Positions 34,657-44,211 of a DNA stretch of 64,000 nucleotides are shown piece by piece. Under the pieces are notes generated by a model that did no database searches, was not told the origin of the DNA, and was given only the letters and a program-made list of their open reading frames with translations. This DNA comes from an uncultured Aeriscardovia sp. Lineage in GTDB: Bacteria > Actinomycetota > Actinomycetes > Actinomycetales > Bifidobacteriaceae. The stretch lies in the NCBI GenBank assembly GCA_903789525.1, contig CAIFER010000002.1, positions 62,000-125,999 of the forward strand. The letters run 5' to 3'. How positions within the stretch are numbered: position 1 is the first letter of the stretch; the number at the start of each line of letters is the position of its first letter. Both the position numbers and the translations under genes were made by a program.

Positions 34657-35268
34657 TTAGTGGTTGGTGTTCGTGGAGTGCTGGGTGTTCGTCCGCGCGG
34701 GATATTCAGACAAGAGCCCTTGTGGTGGGTCGATGACAACGATGTGATGGGCGAGATCGATCTGCGGGACAAGCGGTGTCACAAAGGGGACGAGACTGAC
34801 TGCCCCGTGCGGTTCTGTGATTTGGAGCAGATCTTGTGCGCTCTCGATGACGTCAGTGACTTTTCCAAGATGCGTGCCATCCGGAGCCTGCGCGTTTAAG
34901 CCCACAAGATCGGACGCATATACTTCGTCGGGGTTGTCGGGATTGCTTTCTGACCCAGTTTGAGCTCGATCAGCTGCCAGCTCATCTTCTGCTTGCTGAC
35001 GTGGAATGTACAACGTCGTGCCGTTCAGCTTCTCGGCAGCGGTGCGATCGGTTACTCCATGGAATGTGACGATCACGCGTTGCTTAAATTGGCGGAAACG
35101 CGCCGGTCTGAATTCTTGACTATCTTTCGTGACGAGGACGGAGCCCTCTGAAAACCGAGTTTCTGGGTCATCGGTGTAGGAGACGACGTTGACTTCGCCT
35201 TTGAGCCCTTGAGCGCGCCCGATACGGCACACTCGCAAAAGTGATGGTTTTTCAGCGGCGTCGGTCAT
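34657..35268 (-). CDS. rimM: Ribosome maturation factor RimM
   Basis: LLRVCRIGRAQGLKGEV N-terminus. Start ATG 35268 overlaps the KH gene stop by 17 nt. Confidence 0.9.
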   Translation of the reverse strand: MTDAAEKPSLLRVCRIGRAQGLKGEVNVVSYTDDPETRFSEGSVLVTKDSQEFRPARFRQFKQRVIVTFHGVTDRTAAEKLNGTTLYIPRQQAEDELAADRAQTGSESNPDNPDEVYASDLVGLNAQAPDGTHLGKVTDVIESAQDLLQITEPHGAVSLVPFVTPLVPQIDLAHHIVVIDPPQGLLSEYPARTNTQHSTNTNH

Positions 35269-35497
35269 GACGAACGTCCATGATGTCGACGCGTACGTGC
35301 TCATCGCTGACGGCATCCACGACCGTGCGAATAGCAGTCGCAGTTCGCCCACCGCGGCCGATCACACGCCCAATGTCTTCTGGGTTGACGCGGACGCGTA
35401 GCAGCTCGCCACGGCTCGTGTCTAAGTCTTTGACGGACACATCGTCCGGGAAATCAACGATATTGCGAATCATATGTTGAACGGCTTCAGCAATCAT
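35252..35497 (-). CDS. KH domain RNA-binding protein (YlqC-like)
   Basis: GRVIGRGGRTA GxxG KH motif. Conserved position between rpsP and rimM. RBS AAGGAG. Confidence 0.85.
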   Translation of the reverse strand: MIAEAVQHMIRNIVDFPDDVSVKDLDTSRGELLRVRVNPEDIGRVIGRGGRTATAIRTVVDAVSDEHVRVDIMDVRHDRRR

Positions 35498-35665
35498 TTC
35501 GGGCTCCTTTAGCTCCGATTTAGTGCGCTCTTCCTTGATTTTATATCTCAGAACTCACTTCACGCCATTGAGGGCTGACTGCGAGTCTTCGAACATGAGT
35601 ACTTGATTATTCGACTCGATTACTCAGCTCATTGCCCGGCTTGTGTTCTTTGATGATTCACGACA

Positions 35666-35709
35666 TAAGAAAGGGGCTACTCGGATCACGTGGATCTGAG
35701 TAGCCCCCC
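35666..35709 (-). terminator. Intrinsic terminator/attenuator after rpsP
   Basis: Minus strand: GGGGCTACTCAGATCC-ACGT-GATCCGAGTAGCCCC followed by TTTCTT. Confidence 0.75.
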
Positions 35710-35755
35710 TCTTCTTTCAGCCGAATTGTGAAGCCGCGAGTAAAACCGTAAAAGC

Positions 35756-36250
35756 TTACTCGCTCTTCTTGTCAGCTGATGCATCAGCAGAAGCGTCTGC
35801 CTTTGCTGCGTCATCAGCTTTTGCTGCATCGGCCTTCTTAGCAGCTGCCTTTGCAGCAGCTTCCTTCTTGGCCTTCTCTTCCTTGGCGGCCTTGCCAGCC
35901 TTGAGCTTCTGTGCAGCGTTCGAAGCCTTTTCAACTGCTTCGGCAGCAGAAGACTTCTGTGCTGGCTCCTTGTAATGGCCTTCAGCACCTGGAAGATGCT
36001 TGAACTTCTGCCAGTCACCGGTCACCTTGAACAGTGCCAGAACAGCATCAGATGGCTGAGCACCGACACCAAGCCAGTACTGAGCACGATCAGACTTCAC
36101 ATGGATAGTTGAAGGCTGGGTGTTCGGATCGTATGTGCCGATCTGCTCGATGACCTCTCCATCGCGCTTCTTACGCTGATCAACAACGACAATGCGATAG
36201 AAGGCATAGAACTTCTTGCCCATGCGCTTCAGACGAATCCTGGTTGCCAA
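35756..36250 (-). CDS. rpsP: 30S ribosomal protein S16 with Ala/Lys-rich C-terminal extension
   Basis: (M)[24 protein letters not shown] start at 36250 lies 7 nt after AAGGAG. The ORF-track start 36322 is unlikely. Confidence 0.9.
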   Translation of the reverse strand: MATRIRLKRMGKKFYAFYRIVVVDQRKKRDGEVIEQIGTYDPNTQPSTIHVKSDRAQYWLGVGAQPSDAVLALFKVTGDWQKFKHLPGAEGHYKEPAQKSSAAEAVEKASNAAQKLKAGKAAKEEKAKKEAAAKAAAKKADAAKADDAAKADASADASADKKSE

Positions 36251-36393
36251 AATTGGCTCCTTCTTTATAGAGTGCAGATTGCCGTTCTGAGTGGGTTCAG
36301 AGCGCCGTCTGCTTCTCCCCATGCCGACAGGTGTGAGGGCTCCTTCGACACAGACAACAGTATTTCAGTATAGACGTGTGCCAAGATGGATAC

Positions 36394-37029
36394 ATGGATG
36401 AAATACGCACGCCTCGTTTGCTTCTCCGTCGTTTTCGTCGTGAGGATGCGCCTTCGTTGTTCCGCTGGGCCAGTGACCCGAAAGTCGCATATCCAGCTGC
36501 GTGGAATCCTCATTCAAGTGTTGAAGAAAGTCGCCACATCATTGAGACGGTCTTTTCTGCTCCGCTCACGTGGTCGATTACACTTCGAGCGGATAGTGGC
36601 TCTATTCATGCGGGCGATGTCGTTGGTGCTATCGGCTTGTCAACAATTGATCCAGCTGATCGGGAGCTCGCTGATCCTGCTGCATCGTCGGAACAGTCGA
36701 AATTGGCATTAAGAGAGAGTGAGCGTGAACTGGGGTATTGGGTGGCCCGTCCGCTGTGGGGTTGTGGAATTGCGACTGAGGCTGCGCGCGCTGTAGTGAG
36801 TTACGGATTTCGTACGCAGCATTTGACGGCAATCTGGGGTCGCCACATGGAGTCCAATATTGGTTCAGATCGCGTGATGCAGCATTGCTCAATGACAGTT
36901 ATCCGCCATGCGTCGCACGTGTGGATGCCGATCGTGCACGAATACAGGGATGAACTGGTCAGGCGCGTGACGAGGGAGCAGTACGAACAGAGTCAGAGTG
37001 AGCAGAAACAGGATGGAGCTCAGCAATGA
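36394..37029 (+). CDS. GNAT family N-acetyltransferase (RimJ/RimL-like)
   Basis: TPRLLLRRFRREDAPSLFRW N-terminus and LGYWVARPLWGCGIATEAA acetyl-CoA-binding region. Confidence 0.8.
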   Translation: MDEIRTPRLLLRRFRREDAPSLFRWASDPKVAYPAAWNPHSSVEESRHIIETVFSAPLTWSITLRADSGSIHAGDVVGAIGLSTIDPADRELADPAASSEQSKLALRESERELGYWVARPLWGCGIATEAARAVVSYGFRTQHLTAIWGRHMESNIGSDRVMQHCSMTVIRHASHVWMPIVHEYRDELVRRVTREQYEQSQSEQKQDGAQQ

Positions 37030-38194
37030 GCGCAGCGTGATCGGAACCGATGATTGTGAGAGATTGGAGATGAGTGCATCGCAATCCCGGCGTGTGAAGG
37101 ATGTGGTCGAGCTCTAAAACAGGCGGAAGAATATGCCAATGGATAGGGAAAGTGACCGGTCCGCGCCGAAGACGTGCAGCAAAGTTTCCCGGCTTGCCCG
37201 ACCGGGTCGTCATCGGTCCGTGTGAACGTGCTTCCAACGACGAATCCATCAGAGGAACGATAGGAGAGACGGCTGCTGAATGCTGATGCGTGTCGGATGG
37301 ATGAAGAGCATACGGTGAATTGTCCATCTGGGCATCTGCGCGATCATGCGAAGACTGCTCAAGGGTGGCACCGAGAAGCATCAAGCGGAAGGTCGGGTGA
37401 CTGACATTCGCATTCAAATCTCCCATCACGGCGATATCCGAGGCATTATGCGCCCGAGCAAATCCGGGGAAACGAGCGAGATCTGCGATGCCTTGACCCC
37501 ACGAACGAGCTCCGCGCTGAGGCGAATAAATATGCGCGGACGCAAACATGATGCGGCGCTGATGTGCGTGATCGCCTACCGTAAACGTGGCAGTGGGAAC
37601 ATCCGACGAATGCAGATCAATCGATCGAGTTTGCGTGCTGAGTGGTTGAACGCGTGAGAAAAGCGCGTTGACCCCACCGTTATCGCGTGTGCTGGCATGC
37701 GCTGTGCAGCTGAACGGCAATTCGTCGGCAATGCCAGCGAGTTTGAGCCCGTCGAGAAGATCCTTCGTGACTTCCTGGAGCGCGAGGACATCAACGTGAT
37801 TGCGGCGCACAGTGCGCACTATTTGCGTGGGATCGGCATGGCCATATCGGCAATTGAGCGTCATCACATGAATAGGCGGCTGCGGCGCATTGTCGGTGTG
37901 TGGGGCAGCGGAGTAATTGCGAGGCACAATATCGAGTCGAATGATGCCGAATGCTGCCATAACCACTGTGACAACGATCTGAACGAGAGCCATCCACCAC
38001 TGCTGTTTGCCCAGTGCGGCGCCGACGATTGCGCAGACTGTCACCCCCAGGAGCAGAACCCAACTCACTGCCGGAACAAGTGCGATCATCTCCGGCAGAG
38101 GCCGATGCCAACTCGTCCCTGGCGTCACAAGAATGAGCGCGATCCACAGATCAGCGATCACGATGACGAGCCAAATTACGGCAGCCCACGTCAT
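36959..38194 (-). CDS. Endonuclease/exonuclease/phosphatase family protein with N-terminal TM helices
   Basis: VMTLNCRYG, DVLALQEV and GSDHAALIAEL motifs. The 3' end overlaps the convergent GNAT gene by 71 nt. Confidence 0.8.
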   Translation of the reverse strand: MTWAAVIWLVIVIADLWIALILVTPGTSWHRPLPEMIALVPAVSWVLLLGVTVCAIVGAALGKQQWWMALVQIVVTVVMAAFGIIRLDIVPRNYSAAPHTDNAPQPPIHVMTLNCRYGHADPTQIVRTVRRNHVDVLALQEVTKDLLDGLKLAGIADELPFSCTAHASTRDNGGVNALFSRVQPLSTQTRSIDLHSSDVPTATFTVGDHAHQRRIMFASAHIYSPQRGARSWGQGIADLARFPGFARAHNASDIAVMGDLNANVSHPTFRLMLLGATLEQSSHDRADAQMDNSPYALHPSDTHQHSAAVSPIVPLMDSSLEARSHGPMTTRSGKPGNFAARLRRGPVTFPIHWHILPPVLELDHILHTPGLRCTHLQSLTIIGSDHAALIAELHPVSAHSDSVRTAPSSRA

Positions 38195-38249
38195 AAGTCC
38201 TCCGATACCTCAGATAAATGAAAGCCGATAGATGGAAGCGTGATGAGCT

Positions 38250-39887
38250 TTATTTGTTACCGAACAGTCCTCCAGTCAACGACGGCGGCAACATTCCATT
38301 CAGCCCTTGGTCAGGATCATCCTTCGGCTTAAAGAATGACGAGCCTTGCTGATCGTCCGACTTGCCAGACAGTCGCTCGCGCAGTTCACGTTCCTGCTCA
38401 GCGCGTTTGGCTGGATTGCCTGACAGACCTGAACGACGCTTCTTCTTGCCACCCTTGCGTCCGTGCTTCTTGCCGCCATGGCCGATGCCGTACATGCCGC
38501 CCAGTCCGCTCATGCCAGAGCTGGCGTGAGCCGAGACGCGTTGCATCATCTGTGCTGCTTGCTCGAACCGGGAGATGAGCTGATTGACATCACTCAGTGA
38601 GGTGCCGGAACCACGTGCGATGCGAGCGCGACGAGAGCCATCGATGATCGACGGATTGCGCCGCTCGGCTGGGGTCATTGACCGCACAATTGCTTCGGCC
38701 TGGTCGATCTTCGATTCGTCGAAGTTCTCGAGCTGATTGCGGTATTGTGCCATGCCCGGGATCATCGCGAGCAAGTTCTTCATCGGGCCTAGCTTGCGAA
38801 TCTGCTCCAGCTCCTGGAGGAAGTCATCGAAACCATAAGTGCCGGTCGACATCTTCTGGACCGACTCTTTGGCTTCCTGCGCACTAAATTCCTTTTGCGC
38901 CTGCTCGATGAGAGTGAGGATATCGCCCTGATCGAGGATGCGGCTTGCCATGCGGTCTGGATGGAAGACCTCGAAATCGGTGAGCTTCTCGCCGTTGGAA
39001 TCGAACAGGATCGGCTTGCCGGTGATGGATGCGACTGACAGAGCTGCGCCGCCACGAGCATCGCCATCGAGCTTCGTGAGCACGACGCCGGTGAAATCAA
39101 CACCCTCGTCAAATGCCTTTGCCGTGGTGACAGCATCCTGGCCGACCATCGCATCGATGACGAAGAGGACTTCCTGTGGGTGTACAGCATCGCGAATATT
39201 CCGCGCTTGTGCCATGAGTTCATCGTCGACACCGAGACGGCCTGCAGTATCGATGATGACCATGTCATACATCTTTTCGCGGGCGTACTCGATTGACTGA
39301 CGAGCGACCGCGACCGGATCTCCGTGCGTCTGCTGTGGAGCCATCGCGGATGTGTCTTGTGCGCTCGCGTCCTCACTCGTTACACCAGCTTCCGGTGCAA
39401 AGACGGGAACGCCAGCTTGTTGCCCAATGACCTTGAGCTGGGTGACTGCATTTGGGCGCTGCAAATCGGCAGCGACGAGCAGTGGCGTGTGCCCAGACTG
39501 CTTGAGCCAGTAGCCGAGTTTGCCAGCGAGCGTTGTTTTACCAGCACCTTGTAAGCCTGCCAGCATGAAGATCGTCGGCGGCTTCTTTGCAAAGTGAAGC
39601 GGACGATTGACGCCTTGCCCCAAGATCTTGGTGAGCTCGTCGTTAACGATGGTGACAACTTGCTGTGCCGGGTTGAGTGAATCACTGACCTCCGTTGAGA
39701 GGCAGCGTTCGCGCACATCTCCGGTGAACTGACGGACGACCGGTAAAGCGACATCGGCGTCGAGCAGTGCATGACGGATCTCGCGAATCGTGCCGTCGAT
39801 ATCGGTCTCGGAAAGTTTGCCCTTCGTCCGCAAATGACGAAAGGCCTTCGTCAGCCGATCTGTTAAAGAACTGAAAGCTGTTGGCAT
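38250..39887 (-). CDS. ffh: Signal recognition particle protein
   Basis: GLQGAGKTT, DTAGR and TKLDGDARGG GTPase motifs, a Met-rich M domain, and a basic tail. Confidence 0.95.
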   Translation of the reverse strand: MPTAFSSLTDRLTKAFRHLRTKGKLSETDIDGTIREIRHALLDADVALPVVRQFTGDVRERCLSTEVSDSLNPAQQVVTIVNDELTKILGQGVNRPLHFAKKPPTIFMLAGLQGAGKTTLAGKLGYWLKQSGHTPLLVAADLQRPNAVTQLKVIGQQAGVPVFAPEAGVTSEDASAQDTSAMAPQQTHGDPVAVARQSIEYAREKMYDMVIIDTAGRLGVDDELMAQARNIRDAVHPQEVLFVIDAMVGQDAVTTAKAFDEGVDFTGVVLTKLDGDARGGAALSVASITGKPILFDSNGEKLTDFEVFHPDRMASRILDQGDILTLIEQAQKEFSAQEAKESVQKMSTGTYGFDDFLQELEQIRKLGPMKNLLAMIPGMAQYRNQLENFDESKIDQAEAIVRSMTPAERRNPSIIDGSRRARIARGSGTSLSDVNQLISRFEQAAQMMQRVSAHASSGMSGLGGMYGIGHGGKKHGRKGGKKKRRSGLSGNPAKRAEQERELRERLSGKSDDQQGSSFFKPKDDPDQGLNGMLPPSLTGGLFGNK

Positions 39888-39968
39888 ATGGCTCAGTTTA
39901 CTCGGTACGCCATCGTCTGACGCATGGCCTTACGCATGTTCGATGCGTGCTCGTATGAGGGACCGGTG

Positions 39969-41660
39969 TCACTCCTGGGCGAGCGACCAGCGAGGCCCCT
40001 GTGGTGTGTCTTTTACGTCAACACCAGCGGCGTGCAGCTGGTCGCGAATCTGATCGGCGGCGGCGTAATCGTGGGCGGCACGAGCTTGTGTCCGCTTGGC
40101 GAGTAGCGACTGCACCAGTGTGTCGAGTGCAGAGTGGGCGCTGTCTTTCTTCTCTGAGTTCGCAGATGCCATAGAGCCGGTGTTCCACGTGTCTGCCAGC
40201 GGATCGAGGCCAAAGACGTCGAGCATCGCGCGGACGAGCAGGACGTCGTGACTCAAATCTTTCTTCTGCTCCGGATGATCGGGGACAGTTTGCACGAGCG
40301 CATTACCTTCTCGCATCACACGGAAGACGGCTGCGATTGCGTTGGAGACGTCAAAATCGTTGTTCATTGCAGTGACGAAATCATCCGGTAGCTGATCTGC
40401 CATGACAGCCGTCACCTGCTCGCGCGATGGCTGTGGCACGATGGCAGCTGCGGCATCCAAGAAGTGCGAAAGCCGAGCGAAAGTGGCATCGGCGTCTTGA
40501 AGTGTGTTGTTCCCCCATTCGAGCATCGCGCGGTAATGCACGGTCGCGAGCGCATAGCGGACAGTCCATGCGGAGTGCTGAGCGAGAACTGATGAGACCG
40601 AAAGCCCGTTGCCGAGCGATTTGCTCATCTTTTCGCCCTTTGCTGTCACCCATGCGGAGTGCATCCAGTGGTGGGCAAATCCCCATCCGGCAGCTCTCGA
40701 TTGTGCCATCTCGTTTTCGTGGTGGGGGAAGCGCAAGTCGAGACCACCGCCGTGGATGTCAAAGTCGTCACCCAAATACCGATGACTCATCGCCGAGCAT
40801 TCCAGATGCCAGCCCGGACGCCCTTTCCCAAACGGTGCATCCCACTGTGCGGACGCTGGCTCATCTGGTTTCGCGGCCTTCCACAGAGCGAAATCTCGCG
40901 GATCGTGTTTGAGATGGGCGAGGGCCTGATCGCTTGCGCTGACCGGATTGTTCGGATCTGGACCCGTGCGATCGATTGACGGCCCCATGTCATCGGCTGT
41001 CCGTGCATCGGCGTCTTCGCGCTTTTCCGCTTGGAGCGTACCTTGATTCTGATGTGTCAGTTCGCCGTAATGAGGCCAGCTGCGCACGTCGAAGAACACG
41101 TTGCCTGACGGCGTGCCATCCGCGTTCGGGATGATGTAAGCGTGCTTGCGAGCGAGTAGGCGATTGACGAGATCGATCATTTCCGGCATATGACCGGTTG
41201 CGCGTGGCTCGTACGTGGGCGGAATGACGCCGAGGAGCCGGTATGCGCGAGTAAAAACGCGTTCATAGTGATACGCACGTGCCCACCACTGCTGATGGGC
41301 GGCGGCGGCCTTTGCCAAAATCTTGTCATCGATATCGGTGACGTTGCGGACGAAGACGACGTCGTACCCGAGTCTTAACAGCCAGCGGCGAATCACGTCA
41401 AAAGCAACGGCTGCTCGCATGTGCCCGATGTGAGGGGCGGATTGGACGGTGGCGCCGCACACATAAATACGGACTTGGCCGGGTGTCAGCGGCGTAAATT
41501 TTTCGACAGTATGGGTACGAGTGTCATAAATCTGCAGTCCAGCCGCTTGTGGACGCACGCGATCCGGTGTTGGCCCTTCGCTGATGCGATATGCGGGATC
41601 TGCAATTTCGCGGTCTGTGTCAGACAGTTGTGTAACAGACTGTGCTTCGTTCGATGACAT
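39969..41660 (-). CDS. cysS: Cysteine--tRNA ligase (unusually long, 563 aa)
   Basis: HIGH (PHIGHMR), KMSKS, GRPGWHLECS, and a C-terminal DTPQGPRW. Confidence 0.9.
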   Translation of the reverse strand: MSSNEAQSVTQLSDTDREIADPAYRISEGPTPDRVRPQAAGLQIYDTRTHTVEKFTPLTPGQVRIYVCGATVQSAPHIGHMRAAVAFDVIRRWLLRLGYDVVFVRNVTDIDDKILAKAAAAHQQWWARAYHYERVFTRAYRLLGVIPPTYEPRATGHMPEMIDLVNRLLARKHAYIIPNADGTPSGNVFFDVRSWPHYGELTHQNQGTLQAEKREDADARTADDMGPSIDRTGPDPNNPVSASDQALAHLKHDPRDFALWKAAKPDEPASAQWDAPFGKGRPGWHLECSAMSHRYLGDDFDIHGGGLDLRFPHHENEMAQSRAAGWGFAHHWMHSAWVTAKGEKMSKSLGNGLSVSSVLAQHSAWTVRYALATVHYRAMLEWGNNTLQDADATFARLSHFLDAAAAIVPQPSREQVTAVMADQLPDDFVTAMNNDFDVSNAIAAVFRVMREGNALVQTVPDHPEQKKDLSHDVLLVRAMLDVFGLDPLADTWNTGSMASANSEKKDSAHSALDTLVQSLLAKRTQARAAHDYAAADQIRDQLHAAGVDVKDTPQGPRWSLAQE

Positions 41661-41751
41661 GCTTCCACTCTACGGAATCTTCCTGACGCTCGGCCGTACT
41701 GAGCCGTGAGCGTGCAAGCAAACGTGGGTAAATGAGTAAACTAGAAACGCT

Positions 41752-43686
41752 ATGCCTACTTTTGATCTTGGACTTGAGCACGTGTCGTTGGCGTATGCCA
41801 CGAAGACTGTTTTTACTGATGTGACGCAAGGCGTCAACGAAGGCGATCGGATTGGAATCGTCGGTCGCAATGGAGATGGGAAGTCATCGCTCCTGAAATT
41901 GCTGGGTGACCAATTGCAGCCAGATTCAGGGCGTGTGACCCGTCGTCATGGGCTCAGTATGGGCATTTTGGGTCAGCGCGATGAGCTCGATGGGGATGCG
42001 ACGATTCGCCATGCGGCATTGGAGGACCGTGCTGACCATGAGTGGGCTGCCGATCCGCGCTCGCGAGATATTGTGCAGACGCTTCTTGCGGATATCCCTC
42101 TCGATGCGCGTATTCAAGATCTGTCTGGTGGCCAGCGCAGGCGTGCTGATCTCGCTCGGTTGCTCTTGCATGACTGGGATATTTTGGCGCTCGATGAGCC
42201 GACCAATCATTTGGATATCGTCACAATCCACTGGCTTGCTGATTACCTGCTGCATCGTTGGCCTGACGGTCAAGGTGCGCTGCTGGTGGTCACGCACGAC
42301 CGCTGGTTCCTCGATGAAGTGTGCTCGAGCATGTGGGAAGTCCATGACGGGACGATAGAGCCGTTTGTCGGCGGTTATTCGGCATACGTGCTGCAGCGTG
42401 TGGAGCGCGATCGGCAAGCGCAGCGCAGAGAGGATCGACGGCAGAATATCGCGCGCAAGGAATTGGCGTGGCTGACGCGCGGTGCTCGTGCGCGGGCGAC
42501 GAAGCAAAAGTTCCATGTCAAAGAAGCTCGTGCCATCATCGCTGACGTGCCACCAGTGCGCAATACGCTCGAGCTGAAAGCAATGGCTACGAGTCGGCTC
42601 GGCAAGGAAGTTGTCACGCTGAAGCACGTGACGAAGCGCTATCCGGTGCCGCAGTCGAAGACGGGGAGTCAGCGCACGGTCATCAACGATCTGTCGTGGA
42701 TCATCGGCCCGGGTGATCGCTTCGGTATCGTCGGCGCCAATGGAGCTGGTAAATCCACGCTTCTCAAGTTGATTGACGGGTCACTCAAGCCAGACGAGGG
42801 GACTGTCAAGATTGGCAAGACGGTCAAATTTGCGGTGCTATCGCAGCGGCTCGATGAAGTGGCAGCGCTCGGGGATTCGAAAGTCAAGGAAGTGCTTCAT
42901 CGCTACAAGTCCACGTACATGGTGGATGGCAAGGAGTACTCGCCCGCACAGTTGTTGGAACGACTCGGGTTCAATGCCGCGCAGATGATGACCCCGGTCT
43001 GTGATTTGTCCGGTGGGCAGAAGCGGCGTATGCAGCTCATGCTAATTTTGCTCGACGAGCCGAATGTGCTCGTCCTCGATGAGCCGGGCAACGATTTGGA
43101 TACGGATATGCTGCGCGTGATGGAGGATCTCCTCGACGAGTGGCCGGGCACGCTGATTGTTGTTTCGCACGATCGGTTCCTGTTGGAGCGTGTCACCGAT
43201 CAGCAATTTGCGCTTATGGACGGGAAGATCCGCCATCTTCCAGGCGGTGTCGACGATTACATTCGACTCGTTGATGAGCGTCGGCGTCACGAAGGACTGC
43301 TGCAAGCCGAGGGCGTTGAGCCAGAGGGTTTAGCGAACAGTCACACGTCATCGGACGATGACCAGGCACCTGATTCAGCGCTGTCAGTGACGGCATCTGC
43401 TTCGGTGACGAGCAACGCAAAAGATTCGAAAGCACACGCGCGGCAGAAATATCAGGCTGGTAAGAAGCAGCGGTCAATTGAGCTGCAACAAAAGAAGGTT
43501 GCTCAGGCCATTTCTCGTCAGGAAAAGGTGATGGCGCAAGCTGCTCAGAAGGCGTCTGATCCGTCGGCCACGCAAGATGACTTCAAGAAGCTCGGCGATT
43601 TGACCACTGAGCTGCACGATTTGCAGTCACGCAAGTCTGATTTGGACAACAAGTGGCTCGAGCTGGAGGAAATCATCGAGAGCTGA
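41752..43686 (+). CDS. ABC-F family ATPase (two ABC domains, C-terminal coiled coil)
   Basis: Two Walker A sites (GRNGDGKS, GANGAGKS) and two signatures (LSGGQRRR, LSGGQKRR). No TM domain. Confidence 0.9.
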   Translation: MPTFDLGLEHVSLAYATKTVFTDVTQGVNEGDRIGIVGRNGDGKSSLLKLLGDQLQPDSGRVTRRHGLSMGILGQRDELDGDATIRHAALEDRADHEWAADPRSRDIVQTLLADIPLDARIQDLSGGQRRRADLARLLLHDWDILALDEPTNHLDIVTIHWLADYLLHRWPDGQGALLVVTHDRWFLDEVCSSMWEVHDGTIEPFVGGYSAYVLQRVERDRQAQRREDRRQNIARKELAWLTRGARARATKQKFHVKEARAIIADVPPVRNTLELKAMATSRLGKEVVTLKHVTKRYPVPQSKTGSQRTVINDLSWIIGPGDRFGIVGANGAGKSTLLKLIDGSLKPDEGTVKIGKTVKFAVLSQRLDEVAALGDSKVKEVLHRYKSTYMVDGKEYSPAQLLERLGFNAAQMMTPVCDLSGGQKRRMQLMLILLDEPNVLVLDEPGNDLDTDMLRVMEDLLDEWPGTLIVVSHDRFLLERVTDQQFALMDGKIRHLPGGVDDYIRLVDERRRHEGLLQAEGVEPEGLANSHTSSDDDQAPDSALSVTASASVTSNAKDSKAHARQKYQAGKKQRSIELQQKKVAQAISRQEKVMAQAAQKASDPSATQDDFKKLGDLTTELHDLQSRKSDLDNKWLELEEIIES

Positions 43687-43716
43687 GACCTGAAGAGCTG
43701 AGACCTGTCAGTCGGC

Positions 43717-44211
43717 TCAAGCGGTGTGATTGCGTGACTGTGTGCTCGATTTTCGCTGCTTCTTCGTGATTAGCCACATGGCTACTGCGTAGGCGATGTA
43801 GATGACGAGCGAAGTGATGCGTGTCCAATCCGTCGTCCAGATAGCCATGAGAATGCAGATGAGCGCGCAAAAAGCGAGAGTCGCTGCAAGCCTCCACTTT
43901 TGCTCTTTTTTCCACTTCATGACTGCACGCCGTATCGCCCAAATGAGAAAGGCAAGCGCGAAGACGGCAAATTCGATCAGTGACCCGCGGATAAACGTGC
44001 GATCGTGATAGTGCACCGGGTCAAGCCACATTTCCCAATTGCTGAACCAGAAGACGGCGCATACCATAAACCAGAATTCCGGCACAGTTGATGCGGGTGT
44101 GGGAGGGCGAACAAAAGCACGGAGAAATCCACCACCCGTAGGTCTGCCGTTCGGGAGATCTGTGCGCTGATGCTTTTTCTTTTTCGATCGTTTCTGCGAG
44201 TCAGCCATCAT
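43717..44211 (-). CDS. Hypothetical small membrane protein
   Basis: Basic N-terminus followed by about 4 hydrophobic helices. ATGA overlap with the rnc stop. Confidence 0.55.
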   Translation of the reverse strand: MMADSQKRSKKKKHQRTDLPNGRPTGGGFLRAFVRPPTPASTVPEFWFMVCAVFWFSNWEMWLDPVHYHDRTFIRGSLIEFAVFALAFLIWAIRRAVMKWKKEQKWRLAATLAFCALICILMAIWTTDWTRITSLVIYIAYAVAMWLITKKQRKSSTQSRNHTA

